From: Octopus sinensis
Taxonomy: Eukaryota
DNA: 64,000 nucleotides
NCBI RefSeq assembly: GCF_006345805.1
Contig: NC_043020.1
Coordinates: 20,398,001 to 20,462,000, forward strand
Direction of reading: 5' to 3'
In this document: positions 1 through 13,300 of the stretch, one piece after another
How the letters are laid out: each line of letters starts with the position of its first letter
Numbering within the stretch: the stretch's first letter is position 1
Notes under the pieces: model-generated
The model's input: the letters and a program-made list of their open reading frames with translations, nothing else
Told to the model about the DNA's origin: nothing
Database searches by the model: none
Program-made: the position numbers and the translations under genes

Positions 1-325
1 CATGGGTTTTTTTTTTTTGGGTACCTTTATAAATAGCCAAACTGGCATATAATGGGGAAAATGCTTTGAAAGTAAGGTTCTATTGAAATGTGAATACACA
101 CAGAATAATAGAATTTTCGTGTAAATCAGACCATGGATTCTTGAGATTCATGATTTTCCAGGCACCTTGAACTATTGGTGACCCAATGGGTCACAGGTAG
201 TCTAGTACATATATATATATATATTGTATTTTGGGATGGTCATTTGTGTTTTGTCAAATAAACACATGCACTATATATTTGTTCTTCACTCATTTATTAC
301 TGTTCTTATTTTAACTCATGTCCAT

Positions 326-370
326 TGTCGGGAAATCTTTCGCTACACATCTGTGACCTGTTCAGCGACA
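326..370 (-). ncRNA. Degenerate minimal type I hammerhead ribozyme motif
   Basis: Minus strand reads TGTCG CTGAACA GGTCACA GATG TGTAGC GAAA GATTTC C CGACA. Stem I is TGTCG/CGACA, G8 is mutated to C, and there is one extra nt after the NUH site. Confidence 0.55.
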
Positions 371-993
371 CCTTTCGTTTTCTTGTGTGCTCTTGTTCCA
401 GTTACTCCATTCTGCTCTTGTATGATGTGTATTCTTATGTGCCGCATGTGTCTGTGTTTGTGTGTGTGTGTGTGTGGTGTGTGTGTTTGTGCATGTATGT
501 GTCTATGCTTGTGTGTGTTGTTATTCTTAGTAGCAGTATGCCCTTCCCCTCAGCCCCATTGTGCTGCTGCTGTCCTAGGACCCAAAATTTTGGTACAGTT
601 TCTGTATCTCACCGTGTTTGTGCATTTGCCAATGGTGATGCCATCATGGTAGTTGTTGCTGTTGTTGTTATTGCCATCGTTGTCACTGCCACTGCTGCTG
701 TTAGTCGTGTTGTTGATTTTGTTGCAGCCGTCTATGAAGTTATTGTGTGTGTGTATGGGTTTGCATCATATGTTGTTTTATCCATACCCTTTATATAGAT
801 TTATTTATTTATTTATATTTTTTTATCTATCTCTGTTTCTTATATGTATCACAGGTATGTGCATATATGTCTGTCGTGTGTGTATTACCCTGTTTGTATC
901 TGTGTTTTATTTACTATTATTATTTCCACCCCCTCTCTCATCTCCTCCCTTCTGTCTTTAGTCATGTGTTGTGGTGGTGGGTGTTACTATTCC

Positions 994-1038
994 TGTTGCT
1001 GAAGAGGTCGCAGATGTGTGATGAAAGATTTCTGAACA
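994..1038 (+). ncRNA. Degenerate minimal type I hammerhead ribozyme motif
   Basis: TGTTG CTGAAGA GGTCGCA GATG TGTGAT GAAA GATTTC TGAACA. Core CTGAAGA is intact, stem II GTCGCA/TGTGAT pairs with G-U wobbles, stem I is decayed. Confidence 0.55.
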
Positions 1039-1650
1039 ATGGACATGAGTTAAAAATAAGAACAGTAATAAATGGGTGAAGAACAAATATATAGTGCATG
1101 TGTTAATTTGGCAAAAAGAAAAAAAATGACCATCCCAAAATACATGTTTCAACACACGATTTCACATTAGGAATTTTGAAACACATACTGATAAACATAT
1201 ATGTATATATATACACATACGTATATGTATATACAGATGCATACACACATAAATATACATATGCATACATACATTAATATACATCTGCATACACACACAC
1301 ACACATATATATATACATACACACACACACACACACACATACACAAGCATAATATATATTTACATATATATGCAAAAATGCACACAGATAAATAGATAGA
1401 AACACAGATATACATTAGTGATGCATAGAAATTCTTGAAATCAGTTGATGTGCCAAAGTCTGCAATTCTCCGAATAATGAATGCGACATATGAAACATGT
1501 TGGTCCTTCTAGACAACTAATAAGATGGACATACCAACTGAGTGACAGAAAGATGGAAAAATAAAGAGAGGCAGACAGATAAGAAGAGAGGGAGAGTTAA
1601 ATATTCAGTTCTGTCTATCAGTCAGTTCGTCTGTCTGTCTGTCTGTATCG

Positions 1651-1686
<36 letters not shown>

Positions 1687-1882
1687 GTATTATCTTGAGG
1701 CTCATTTTTTCACATCTTTGGTTGCTCACTCATTCGTTCTCTCAGTTGCCTTCCTTCTTGTTTTTACTGTTTTTCCTCTTTTTTTTTTCTCTATGCATCT
1801 CAGATATTTTACCAACTCTCTATTTTGCATGTTCTTGTTTTTGACAAACATGCACACAGAGTTACATGAACATGTGAGGAAG

Positions 1883-1919
<37 letters not shown>

Positions 1920-2269
1920 ATGAAAGAGAGAGAGTAACACATACATACAATAGTTGCCTGAATATGAGATTGAGGACAGGAGAGGGGTAATGTAGTTAGA
2001 GAGAGAGTGATTGACTTTATAATATTGCAAAGTAAGATGCTGGTGGTGTGAGGAGTGGGGTGTGAAATACAAAGAGAACAACAAAGGAAAGAGAAGAGAA
2101 CCTTTCTGCAATTGCAGTGTTATTTTCAAATGAAATGAACCATAAAACACAGCATAGCTTTAGAGTGACAACCATGGTAGGTTAGCAACTGGATGGATGG
2201 ACCAAACAACAACGTTTCACACATATCTGATCTAATCACACGAAGTATATGCTACTGTTCTTGTTGGTG

Positions 2270-2465
2270 TTTTTTTTAACCCCAGGTCAGCCTGATTCAG
2301 TAGACCTATGATTGGAGGTATTCCAAATGTGACTCTTCTGAATTTTAATATATCAGGGACTGTATTGTTCAATGTATACTTTATATTTAAGATTGTAATG
2401 AGTGTGGTGTGGTAGATTTGACTGCTGTTTGTAGCAGATGAGGCACCTGTATAAAGGAGTTCTCA
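2270..2465 (+). repeat. Old dispersed repeat family (~200 bp; ...ggtcagcctgat..agacctatgat...gctatttctagcag...)
   Basis: Related diverged copies at about 3340-3520, 4320-4480, 4520-4700, 23890-24060, 26690-26810 and 41930-42130, and reverse-orientation pieces at 42240 and 44410-44540. Confidence 0.6.
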
Positions 2466-3724
2466 TTGGCATCAGAAAATATGTTGGATTTCAACACAAT
2501 GGTAAATGGGTAAGAAGTAGAGTTACATTGTTTAACAAAGGTTGGCCCTGATGGAAAAGGCTGTGACCATCCAATCCTATCTTTTTCTCATGTGCAAAGA
2601 ATACAGGACTGCATTATTCAACATGTCCTTTCTTTTAAGATAACAGTATGGTTTGAGAGGGATTAGGCAGCTATTTCTAGTGAACCAAGGAAATATATAA
2701 AAGCTTCTTCATTAGCCCACAAGGGGGGGGGGAGTGCATGGTAATGAAACATGTAGAGAATTAAATGTGTGAATATAAGTGTGTATGTATATGTTGTCTG
2801 TGTGGAGTGGCTTACGTCTTAGGAGATATGGATATGAAGGTAGAAGAGTAAATGTGTGATATGGGGCAGTGAATGAGGGATGGGTAGCTATGATGAGAGT
2901 TACAATAGAAAAATATGGAGATGACTGCAGAGGAAGACTGTATGCTGCTGTTTAGCCCTAGCTCAACACTAGTTGAACAGCTCTCTGGTCACAGATATTC
3001 TTGCCATATCTAACTGTGTCTATTATATATCTAGGATGTTATTGCCTAATGTGCTCTCCCTTTTTTGAAGGCCAAGATCATATTGGTGCACGTCATCAGT
3101 AAGGATGAATTGAGTCTAGTGACTGTACGGAGGTGCTCTCAGCTAGAGGTAATGAAATCTATGTACAGTGAATGTAGAGAACTCTGTGGTGTGGATAAAT
3201 GGATGTGTTGTATGGTAGTGACTGCAGAAGAATATATGTGGTGTGTGTGTGTTGTTGTATGAGAGTGAAATATGGACTGTAGATGTGGAGGACCACGTCT
3301 GATGCTGTCTGGTAGTGGATGTAGGTAACATATTTGTTGTAAGGTTATGTTGATCCAACAGACCTATGTTCAGTGGTGCTCTAGCCACGACCGTCTTCTT
3401 AATCATGTATTTTTTTCAGGTTGATGTAGTGGATCTAGGACTGCATTGTCAAATTGTCATTTGTTTTTGTGATGGTAACATGTAATTTTGAGGGAGATCT
3501 GACTGCTATTTCTAGTAGGTAGAGTAAGGTGCACAGTGTTGTATAGTAGTGACAGTAGAGAAACTGAGGCTGGAGAGAAAAGAGTTGTGTCTGATTTTTT
3601 ATGTGTGCAATGTTGAAAAAATAACTGTAAGTGGTTGTTTGGCTCAATAGTAAAGCCTACAGTCGGTGTCAGAGAAGTATAGGTTCGATTCCCATAAACA
3701 CATGCTGGTAACCCTTCTTTTATA

Positions 3725-4130
3725 GGTGCAGGAGTGGCTGTGTGGTAAGTAGCTTGCTTACCAACCACATGGTTCCGGGTTCAGTCCCACTGCGTGGCAT
3801 CTTGGGCAAGTGTCTTCTGCTATAGCCCCGGGCCGACCAATGCCTTGTGAGTGGATTTGGTAGACGGAAACTGAAAGAAGCCTGTTGTATATATGTATAT
3901 ATATATATGTATGTGTGTCTGTGTTTGTCCCCCTAGCATTGCTTGACAACCGATGCTTGTGTGTTTACGTCCCCGTCACTTAGCGGTTCGGCAAAAGAGA
4001 CCGATAGAATAAGTACTGGGCTTACAAAGAATAAGTCCCGGGGTCGATTTGCTCGACTAAAGGCGGTGCTCCAGCATGGCCGCAGTCAAATGACTGAAAC
4101 AAGTAAAAGAGTAAAGAGAGAGAGAGTAAA
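3725..4130 (+). mobile_element. tRNA-derived SINE, full length, young
   Basis: tRNA-like head (A-box-like TGGCTGTGTGG, B-box-like GGTTCAGTCCC), central (TA)n(TG)n, conserved 3' body ending gaaacaagtaaaagagtaaagag. Near-identical reverse copy at 22024-22430. Confidence 0.9.
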
Positions 4131-5316
4131 TATCTGATCACTAGGACACTTTTATGCTCTCTTGGATGAATTAACAATGGTTTCCTGCTGCTTCAGAGAT
4201 TACACTCACATTTCATGTAGAATTAAGCATCCTGCTCAAGTACATGATATATTTGCAGCAAACTTGAACTGAACACTTTTAAGCCCATAATCCAAAACTA
4301 TCAGTGCTGTTGTTTCTTCCTAGATCACCCCTGACTCAGTAGATCTATGATCTAAAGCAGTCCAGCCTTGACCACCCTGTCCATGTACATCCAGGCCTAA
4401 ATTATCCAATGTGTCTCTTTTCAAGAAGGTAAACTTTAAAGTGAAATTTGTCTGCTATTTCCAGTGGGTTAAGCAACTATGTAGAGATTTCTTTGGTATC
4501 TCATCACATTTTAGTTGTTATTTAGTCTCAGATCATTCTGAGTGAGAACTATCATCAAAAGTGTTCCATCTGAGACCATCCTGTCATTCTCTTGGACCAT
4601 ATTATAGAATGTTTCCCTTCTTGTTCAAGATGGTAGCCTGTAATTTAACAGGGACATTTAGTTGTGATTTCTAGCCTGTTGAGCAACCACACAGAGGCTC
4701 CCTTGGAAGATCACCATGCGTTAGTGCTGAGGTTGGCAAAGTCAAAGAGGACTTGAGAAGTGGGAAGATTTTAAAACAGAGATGATGTGTGTAGGTGCAG
4801 CACATACCTAATCAACCATAACATCATGAGAAATCAGACATGCTGTTGATGATAACGAGCTCCAAGTCAGCTCTGATTAAACAGAGATAAGATGAAAGGA
4901 ATTCCAGGTATGACAATCTGTTTTTGTAGACATCTACATGTTCATTTTTTATTGAAATGGCAGGATGTGATTTGTGGGAGATTAGGCTGCTATTCTTAGT
5001 AAATCAGGCAACTGCCAAGTTGGTGGGGGTGGGGATGGGCATCAACAGACATTGTGATGGTGGTGGGTAACAATTTCAATCTTTCAAAAAATGAAATGGA
5101 GAGAGAGAGAGAAGCAAAATTAGAGGGGTCTCAAAGTTGGGGGCTATTACACCACTCACTGGGGTGACATAAGAGGTATAAGGAGTTAATGGTAAGAAAA
5201 CAAGGTCAAAAATACTGATCTGACTGACTACCTGACAGATCTCTGTTGGCCAGGTAAATGACATTTGAGGTGGAGAGTGGAATGCAATTTGCACATTTAA
5301 AAACATGTCACATGGG

Positions 5317-5632
5317 CACTAGCATAGCTAGGGGGTGGGCGGGCTATAGGGACAATCCACCCTGGGCGGCACTTCTGGGTCTGCTGTAGGATACATGTGT
5401 TTTTTGTGGGGTCATGGGGTGGGGAACACACTCCAGCTATGCTAGTGGACATGGGCAACAACAGAAGACAGTAGCTTATCTTTAATATTAAGTTGTTGGT
5501 TTTTCTTTAAAGTTCACTATGATATAAAAAAAAAACATATCTATGCATATATAAATAAATCAATGCTAATGTGTCAATGTGGGGGAGGGAGGGAGACAGA
5601 GAGGCCACTTCCCCCCTCCTATCTACATGTTA
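5317..5632. mobile_element. Possible old MITE with G-rich degenerate terminal inverted repeats
   Basis: Left end gcatagctagggggtgg versus right end ccccctcctatctacatg. The inverted match is imperfect. Confidence 0.3.
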
Positions 5633-6152
5633 CCATGACTACTGTACTGCAATAGTTACTATTTATCTCACTGGACCAATGAAATTTGGAAAGAAACCAT
5701 TTTATGTGTGTTAAGTATCCACTAGATAGTAGTAAGAGGATCAGTGAAGTTTTGATATAAAGCATATCATAAAATCGGTCAGGCATGTCTGTAAATGTGT
5801 CTGCCAGTGTGTGTGTGTGTTAAAATAAGGACAAATGAAATCATATACTATAAAATCAAATTAGTAGTGATGAACTAAATGACGTACCATAAAAAAAATA
5901 GTCAATGACTTAAAACTGACTCTCACTTGCAAGAAGATTATGTGTATATATGTATACACACATACACACACATTAATATCGAACAGTGAAAATGAGTGTT
6001 CAACACTGCATTGGTGAATAAATATTACTTATTTATGGGTTAACCAAACTATCATTAGTTTCATGTTTTAGAGAGATATATCTCAACAATTATTCAAGTC
6101 TGCCACATGGGACGTTGGTGTTCATCTTTATATATGAATGTGTATATATATA

Positions 6153-6310
6153 TCATCATCATCATCATCGTTTAACGTCTGCCTTCCATGCTGGCATGGG
6201 TGGGACAGTTTGACAGGAGCTGGTCAGGCAGAAGCCAGCACCAGACTTCTGTCACTGGATTGGCAGGATTTTTACAGCTGCATGCCCTTCCTAACACTAA
6301 CCACTCAGCA
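6153..6310 (-). mobile_element. RTE-type LINE 3' tail fragment
   Basis: catcatcatcgtttaacgtc...ccatgctggcatggg is the reverse complement of the 3' end of the RTE copies at 28800-28865 and 33780-33845. Similar short tails occur at about 8860, 18980, 36325, 43000, 52060, 55670, 56450 and 58895. Confidence 0.8.
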
Positions 6311-6469
6311 GATATATATACACACACACACATATGCATTTGTATATATTCTTTTATATGTTTCAGCCCAAAGGCTGAGGCCATGCTGGAACATTGCCAG
6401 TGTGATCACCTTTTCGATTGCCATTCTTATGCAATTAGCTTTTGGTAAAGGAGGGAGATTGACACTGCC

Positions 6470-6900
6470 TTCTTTTTAGTTTTTTGCTGTGATATGGCTT
6501 CATCTGGGGTCTTGAACAGCAGGAGGTCAAGTTGTTTCTTGAAAACATCTGCTCCTACTCCATGAAAATTCCTCAAATGTTTTGGTAAGGCATTAAATAG
6601 CTGTGGGCCCTTGAATCCCAAGCTGTTACAGTACATGGTCCTCACCCTAGATGGGATAGTTGGGAACTTTGGAACAGTGCAGTGATATCCAGTCTGGGGC
6701 TAGTTTAGCTTTGAATGCCAAAGTTTGGTGCCAACCCCTCCAGGATCTTCCAAACAAATATCACTGTAGACCTCTCCTGTTTTTGCCCCAGGGTGTCATA
6801 GCTCATTCAGTCTCACCCTGTAGCTCATCAGTTCCATTGATACAATCTTCCTGGTGTAGCATTACTGAACTGCCTCAAGTTCTGCTATTAATTTGACACT
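6470..6900 (-). mobile_element. CR1-like LINE, 3' end of reverse transcriptase ORF (decayed)
   Basis: ORF 6427-6645 reads CNSLGFKGPQLFNALPKHLRN..VFKKQLD..PDE. Upstream frames give GGLAPNFGI. Homologous to 31795-32190. Confidence 0.75.
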
Positions 6901-6971
6901 GTAGGAAGACCACAATTGAGAGTAGTCCAGCTGGCTGAGCACTCTCCACAGAACCAACATAGTGTGCATGT

Positions 6972-6990
6972 GTATATATACACACACATA

Positions 6991-7075
<85 letters not shown>

Positions 7076-7076
7076 A
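6972..7076. repeat. (TA)n/(TG)n microsatellite
   Basis: Direct reading. Confidence 0.95.
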
Positions 7077-7699
7077 TGAAGCTACAGAAAAAGCCAAAAC
7101 TGATTGATCAGTGTGAGGAATTCTCGACTGCTGTTTTTGAGCGATTACAATCTCTGATATATTGTTAGACTAACAAGTTTAACATGTGGTCACTATAATA
7201 TTTGCCAATTGCTTGCTGGGAAATTACCTAACTGAGCATCTATTCTTAAAACAGCTATAAGAGACTACCTGTGCACTTTCTGCCTTCTTATCCAGCTTTG
7301 TATTCTAGCTATGATGACCAGGTTTACATAATACTTATGTCCAATTTGGACTTACTGTATAAGTATTGCAGGAGAATATCAGCATACACCATAACCATTA
7401 TGAATATTCCACAACTGATCTATTATTGAACTCTTGTAGTCCTGTAACATTCAATTCTACCCTCGTGTTGTATCAATGTTTAAATATATTACGGTTATAA
7501 CCTGACCTGATACCATTTGTTTGCCTGTTCAAATATGTATATATGTGTTTATGTATGTTGGTGGGTGGCTAGATAGATACATATCCAATACTAGTTCATT
7601 ATGCTATGTGGGTTGTGGCTGATGACTGTGCAGAGATGTCAGATGTGTTATAAAACACTGTTTGGGATGTTCTCAGCACATGAAAATAATAGCAGCACA

Positions 7700-8433
7700 T
7701 AAAAAACATGTATTGAGTTTATTGTTTGTTTGTATGCATGCATGTATGTATGTAATCATTGGTTTAATATAAACTTTTTCTGTTTTCTGCTAGGGAAAAT
7801 GGTGGCCAAAACAGTTCTGATGCTACAAACAACTTACAAGAACACTACCATGAGAAAAACACAAGTTTACGAGTGGTTTTCATGCTTTAGGAATGGTTAC
7901 TTGTTTGAAAACCAACCTTGTATTCTGTCAACCTCCAGAATGAATGAAAACATCATGAAAATTCATGAACTGATCTTGGAGGACCATCACCAAGCAATTG
8001 ACAAACTTGTTGATATGACCTTTTGTGTCCTGGAGCTCCTGCCAAAGAATTTTGAGTGAGGAATTGCCAATGAAGAGTTCCAGCAAAATTTGTGCCCTGC
8101 TTGCTCACGGAAGACCAAAAGTAGTCATGACTGAATGCGCATTGTGAAATGAAAGAAAAGTTACAAGTTGATCCAGACCTTTTTTCGAAGGTCACCACTG
8201 GTGATGAAAGCTGGTGCTACAGAATTTGCAGATGTGGAAGAGGTGAAGAAAAAAGTGACAGCAGAATTAAAAGGCATCATTTCACAAGAGTTCCAGGAAC
8301 AATGGAAAATATGACTGGACCAATGCTCTGCTTTAAATGGAGAATACTTTGAAGGCAACAAAAGTGTAAACATGTAAAACTCAGAGTGAATAAAATAACA
8401 TTGCAAAATTCCGGTTTCTTTTGAGTACCCTCA
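7700..8433 (+). mobile_element. Mariner transposon relic, internally deleted
   Basis: HTH region KTQVYEWFSCFRNG, then DPDLFSKVTTGDESWCY (first catalytic D) joined directly to C-terminal sequence (..VEEVKKKVTAELKGI..GEYFEG). TIR-like right end ttccggtttcttttgagtaccctca. Left TIR not found. Confidence 0.8.
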
Positions 8434-8569
8434 CACACACACACACATATATATATATTTCTACAAATTCACCATCCTTAATTTCTGGCTTCCTAATTGC
8501 TCTGTGTGGGGCATGTTTGAGAAAGACACTAACCACACTGATGCAACACCAAGGCTGAGCAGGTGGCAA

Positions 8570-8695
8570 GATCAAGGAGGTGCTTGAAGATCTTCCCTGG
8601 ACACAGGGACACAGGGAAGAATGCATACACCAGGTTCTGGAGTCATCTTCAGGCTGTGGTAGAAGCTGAGGGTAGCAACTCTGTGTTAACTGTTA
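8570..8695 (+). mobile_element. Possible Tc1/mariner (maT-like) transposase C-terminal fragment
   Basis: Reads IKEVLEDLP...RFWSHLQAVVEAEG, similar to the C-terminus of the 21.1-21.9 kb element. Confidence 0.4.
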
Positions 8696-8761
8696 TCTTC
8701 CAGCAATAATCTAGTTGATATTTAAAAATTTTTTCAAAGACTTTTACTTTTGGATAGGATA

Positions 8762-8823
8762 CATGTATTTACACACATACACACACACAGACACAGACAC
8801 ACACAGACACACACACACACACA

Positions 8824-8854
<31 letters not shown>

Positions 8855-8900
8855 TATATAACCCATGCTAGCATGGAAAGCGGACGTTAAACGATGATGA

Positions 8901-8942
<42 letters not shown>

Positions 8943-8954
8943 CTTTCTCTCTCA

Positions 8955-8989
<35 letters not shown>

Positions 8990-9130
8990 CACACACACAT
9001 ATATATATATATATACACATATATATATTCATATGCATGTATTTACACATATATATATATACTCATACGCATGTATATACATACACACATATTGGTACAT
9101 GCATGCTTACATACAAACATACATATACAT
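8762..9130. repeat. Compound (CA)n/(TA)n/(CT)n microsatellite block containing an RTE tail fragment
   Basis: Direct reading. Confidence 0.9.
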
Positions 9131-10344
9131 AAATATAATTTTTATTACTGGTGGATGACGGAAGATGTCATGGAGATAAAAGAAATCAGAAATGAATTTA
9201 AATATATCTATTTGGTTAGGTAAGTAATGTTGGGTGTGGGGGAGTCACACACACACACTCACACACTCTCTCTCTCTTATGCTACTGTTACCAACAGGGC
9301 AGAGCTCTGTAGTAAGATATTTCAGATAACTGTAGGTCAATGAGTACATTCGCTTCATGGCAGCTCCTATTTAGTGTCAGCCAACTGGTGAGGGAAATAA
9401 CCAGCTAAGAGTAAAGTGGGAAGACAAGAGAGTGAGAGAGGTGGGGAGGCCAGGATGGGGGAAGTGGAAGAATAGGCGAGGATGCTGAGTATCTCCATAT
9501 AGCAGCAATGCCAAAGAGAAATTAACATTTCCTGGACTTCATTTTAAGAATCTGAATCTCCTGTGGTAATTTCACATCATCAGCCGCCATCAGACGCCAC
9601 CAAATACCAAAATGGGGATAAATCTGTTTGTTTTTGTCATTGTGTTTTTTTCCTTCTCAGTTTCTTTTTTACTCTGTAATCTTTGTTTTGTTTTTGTACC
9701 TCCTTACTTCCACACCCTGAGAATCTCAGTAAACAGGTATACACACACACACACACACATTACTGATTCCTAAAAACATGAAATCCTAAGCAATAGGATC
9801 CATTACTTCAATATTTGTAACAATACCATAAATTTAAAAGAATGTTTAACTGAGACTGAGCTGGTGGTTTATATAAGTATTATCTCAGTTTTAATTAATA
9901 TCACAGCTATTTTCCCTTAACTATTAACAGGGTCCAGATTTAGAGAATATTACAGCTACTTTTCCTTAGAGATCCTCTCACTACTTGTATCACACTAATC
10001 TTTGCAAACCATATAATTGAAATACAACTCTTAAAATCCTAATACTTCTCAAGAAATTTTCTTTTTCTATCTTGATCATAATTCAAGAGATAACAGCAAC
10101 AATGATGACCACCACCACTGCTATTATAGCCACCACTAATATTATTATGGTTACCAATACCCTTTATTGTTATTGTGGCACTGTTCACATTTCATGGCAT
10201 TTAAACTGGGTCTCTATAAAACTTGACCTTTACTTGAAACAAGGAACAGTTTCAGAATGCAGTTCCCAAGAGTGTGATTTTTTTCACAATAGCTCATTAC
10301 ATGAATTGGAAATAGAACTCATTGTCACTGAGACAGTGTACTGA

Positions 10345-10477
10345 AGCTAAAAAGGATTCAACAGATTGACACTTGGAGTGGGTGCTTCACTGGTATTTTA
10401 TTTTATCAACTCCATACACATGAAAGGTAAGGGTAACCTCAGCAGGATTTGAACTAATAACAATAATAATAATAATA

Positions 10478-10523
<46 letters not shown>

Positions 10524-10735
10524 CCTTTCTACTATAGGCACAAGGCCTAGACTATGTGGTGAGGGCTAAGTTGATTTCATTGACCCCAGTACTTCACTAG
10601 TACTTAATTTATCAACCCTGAAAGGATAAAAGGCAAAGTCGACCTCAGCAGAATTTGAGCTCAGAATGTAAAGACAGATGAAATGCTACAAAGCATTTTG
10701 CCTGGGTGTGATAATGATTCCTTAAATAATAACAA
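10345..10735. mobile_element. Two SINE 3'-body fragments separated by (AAT)n (10462-10522)
   Basis: Motif gacccca..cactggtacttattttatcaaccctgaaaggat.aaaggcaaagtcgacctc recurs at 13320-13470, 14000-14120, 14140-14240 and 46270-46350. Confidence 0.65.
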
Positions 10736-10774
10736 TGATAATAATAATAATAGTAGTAGAAAGGTAGTGACAAA

Positions 10775-10932
10775 TTATTTGACCAAATCTCTAGGAAACC
10801 AACAATCTACAAAATTAAAAAAATTGTGTTAATAACTGCCCATATTCTGAGGAAGTTTCTCTCCATCTAATATACACATGCCTTAAGTCTGTAGTTGAGA
10901 CCTGGTTAGAAAATGAAATAAAATGCAAATCA
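10775..10932 (+). mobile_element. Very short 3' fragment of an R4/Dong-like non-LTR element
   Basis: Encodes ..KKIVLITAHILRKFLSI*, matching the C-terminus of the copies at 12.2 and 13.0 kb. Followed by a triplet repeat. Confidence 0.6.
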
Positions 10933-10974
10933 ATGACGACGACAACAACAGCAACAGTAATAATAATAATAATA

Positions 10975-12464
10975 ATAAAATTTGAAGGTGATGGAATCAA
11001 ACATTCAATGATGAGGGAAAGGATCAGAAGAGAATGTTATCGCAGGGTAATGGCAATATTCAAGACAGAGCTGAATGCAAGAAACAGGATTGAAGCAATC
11101 AATGCTCTAGCCATACCAGCCGTGACTTACAGTTTCAATATCATTAACTGGTCAATTTCTGAAATATGTAATCTTGACAGAAAAATAAGAAAATTGTTGA
11201 TAATGCATAGAATGCACCACCCTAAGGCAGATATAGAACAAGAAAAGAGGGTGGCCGTGGACTTTTACAACTGGAATCAACAATGAAGATTGCCACAATT
11301 GGCCTAAACACCTACTTGAATAACTCTGAAGACTGGATGTTAAAACTTGTCTTAAAGCATGAAAACAAAAAAGCATCATACCCAGTAACAAAACAGGTAA
11401 AGGAATATCTAAGTGAATTCCAAATACAACAAATCCCAGAATTAGACATACAAACACAGAAAAAGCTAAGTGTATGAAAACCCATGCTAAAACTGCTACC
11501 TTAGAGATTCTTACTGATAAATGGCAAGGAAAACCTCTCAATGGCAAATATCCAAAGAGAGCTAATAGTACCGATGTTGACAAAGCCCTTATCCATCAAT
11601 GGTTAGTGTTTTCTGGCATAAAATCAGAAACAGAAGGGTTTATCATAGCAGCCCAAGATCAATGCCTACCTACAAGGAACAACAAGGCCAACATATTAAA
11701 GAACGGCAATAGCCCAACATGTGTATGTAAACAACAAAACTATTACTCATGTTGTCTCCATGTGCAGTCTTCTTGCACCTGCAGAGTATCTCAACAGGCA
11801 TGATAGAGTAGCACAATATATTCACTGGGTAATTTGCAAAAACCTGGACCTGCCCCATGATAAAAACTGGAGGGAACACAAGCCACCCCCAGTACTTGAA
11901 AATGATCACATCTCACTCCTCTGGAACTTCACTGTTCAAACTAACAGAAAGATAGATGCAAATAGTCCAGATATTATATTGAAAGACAAAAATCATGGCT
12001 CCTCATTGATATGACTGTCCCAATCGACATAAATGTATCTGTTAAGACCTACCAAAAATTGAGCAAGTATAAAGATCTTGAAATGGAAATTGGCAAAATG
12101 TGGAATCTCAAGACTAAAACAGTACCTGTTGTCATAGGTGCCCTAGAAATGATAGCAAAAGGAGCTGATTCCTACCTAACTCAGATACTAGGAAACCCCA
12201 AAATGGCAGAAATTCAAAAGATAGTGCTCATGGAAACTGCCCATCTCCTACGTAAAATACTGTCTATAGTAGTCCCAAATTTTAAAACAAACTAATAATT
12301 TTTCTATGTTTTCTTAAACATTCTCTAGAGCAACACTATGTGCAAGACTAAATATACGACACCCTAGGCATAACACCAGCATGAACTTCTAACTTGTTGT
12401 CTCTTGAGATCTTTGGGTGAGACTTGGAGCCAACTTGTACAAATACAAAGCAAATGTGAAACAC

Positions 12465-12466
<2 letters not shown>
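10975..12466 (+). mobile_element. R4/Dong-like non-LTR retrotransposon with restriction-like endonuclease, 5'-truncated, frameshifted
   Basis: ORFs 10933-12295: post-RT region (AINALAIPAVTYSF), AAQDQ, zinc knuckle C..C...H....C, RHD..AQYIHW, and RLE motif PD(I)ILKD..IDMTVP..K..KY. Flanked by (ATA/AAT)n on both sides. Confidence 0.9.

Positions 12467-12531
<65 letters not shown>
12466..12531. repeat. (AAT)n microsatellite (tail/target of Dong-like elements)
   Basis: Direct reading. It is the source of the poly-N stretch in ORF 12404-13054. Confidence 0.95.
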
Positions 12532-13300
12532 GCGCCTACAGAGTCTTCTAGTGCCTACAGAGTACCTCAACAGGCATGATAGAGCTGCACAATATATTCA
12601 CTGGGTAATTTGCAAAAACCTGGATTTGCCCCATGAAAAAAACTGGTGGGAACACAATCCACCTCCAGTGCTTGAAAATGACCACATCTCACTCCTCTGG
12701 AACTTCACCATTCAAACTGACAGGAAGATAGATGCAAATAGGCCAGACATCATATTGAAAGACTTCAGACAAAGAACATGCCTCCTCATTGATATGACTG
12801 TCCCAATCGATATAAACGAATCTGTCAAGACCTACCAAAAACTGAGCAAATATAAAGATCTTGAAATAGAAATCAGCAAAATGTGGAAGCTGAAGACTAA
12901 AACAATACCTGTTGTCATAGGTGCCCTGGGAATGATAGCGAAAGGGACTGATTGCTACCTAACTCAGATACCAGGAAACCCCAAAATGGCAGAAATTCAA
13001 AAGATAGTGCTCATGGGAACTGCTCATATCCTACGCAAAATACTCTCTATGTAATCCCAAGGTTTAAAACAAACTTTTTTTATTTATTTATTTATTTATT
13101 TTTTTTTATTTTATTTTTATGTATTAGACATTCACTAGTACAACACCAAAAAAAAAAAACACAAAAAGCCCCCAAATATATGGCACAGAACTTCCAACCT
13201 GTTGACTCTTGAGGTCTCTGGGTGAGACTTGGAGCCAACTTGTACAGACATAAAGTAAAAGTCAAACATAGAATGATAATAATAATAATAATAATAATAA
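12532..13300 (+). mobile_element. R4/Dong-like element, second 5'-truncated copy with an open RLE domain
   Basis: Uninterrupted frame EYLNRHDRAAQYIHW...RPDIILKD...IDMTVP...KYKDL...ILRKILSM* ending at 13054. 3' UTR resembles 12300-12466 and ends in (AAT)n. Confidence 0.92.

Larger units (their letters stand above)
225..1144. mobile_element. Non-coding element with ~150-bp inverted termini, each carrying a degenerate minimal hammerhead motif (Penelope-like/retrozyme-type)
   Basis: 225-371 is the reverse complement of ~993-1144. Each arm starts at an HHR-like motif: minus strand 326-370 and plus strand 994-1038. (TA)n lies on the left flank. Confidence 0.75.

Noticed and set aside
1440-1510. 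Possible HHR ending GAAACATGTTGG
   Set aside because: No recognisable CUGANGA core at a suitable distance.
224-1990. Cys/Val/His/Thr-rich ORFs of 60-157 aa (also at 30964-31330, 49059-49827 and elsewhere)
   Set aside because: Translations of (TG)n/(CA)n/(TA)n-rich sequence. No domain signal.
9500-9620. Possible C/D snoRNA or conserved element on the minus strand (TGATGA box)
   Set aside because: No D box (CTGA) or terminal stem at a suitable distance.
12404-12531. Poly-asparagine N-terminus of the 216-aa ORF
   Set aside because: (AAT)n tract read in frame between two retroelement copies. Not a real protein feature.
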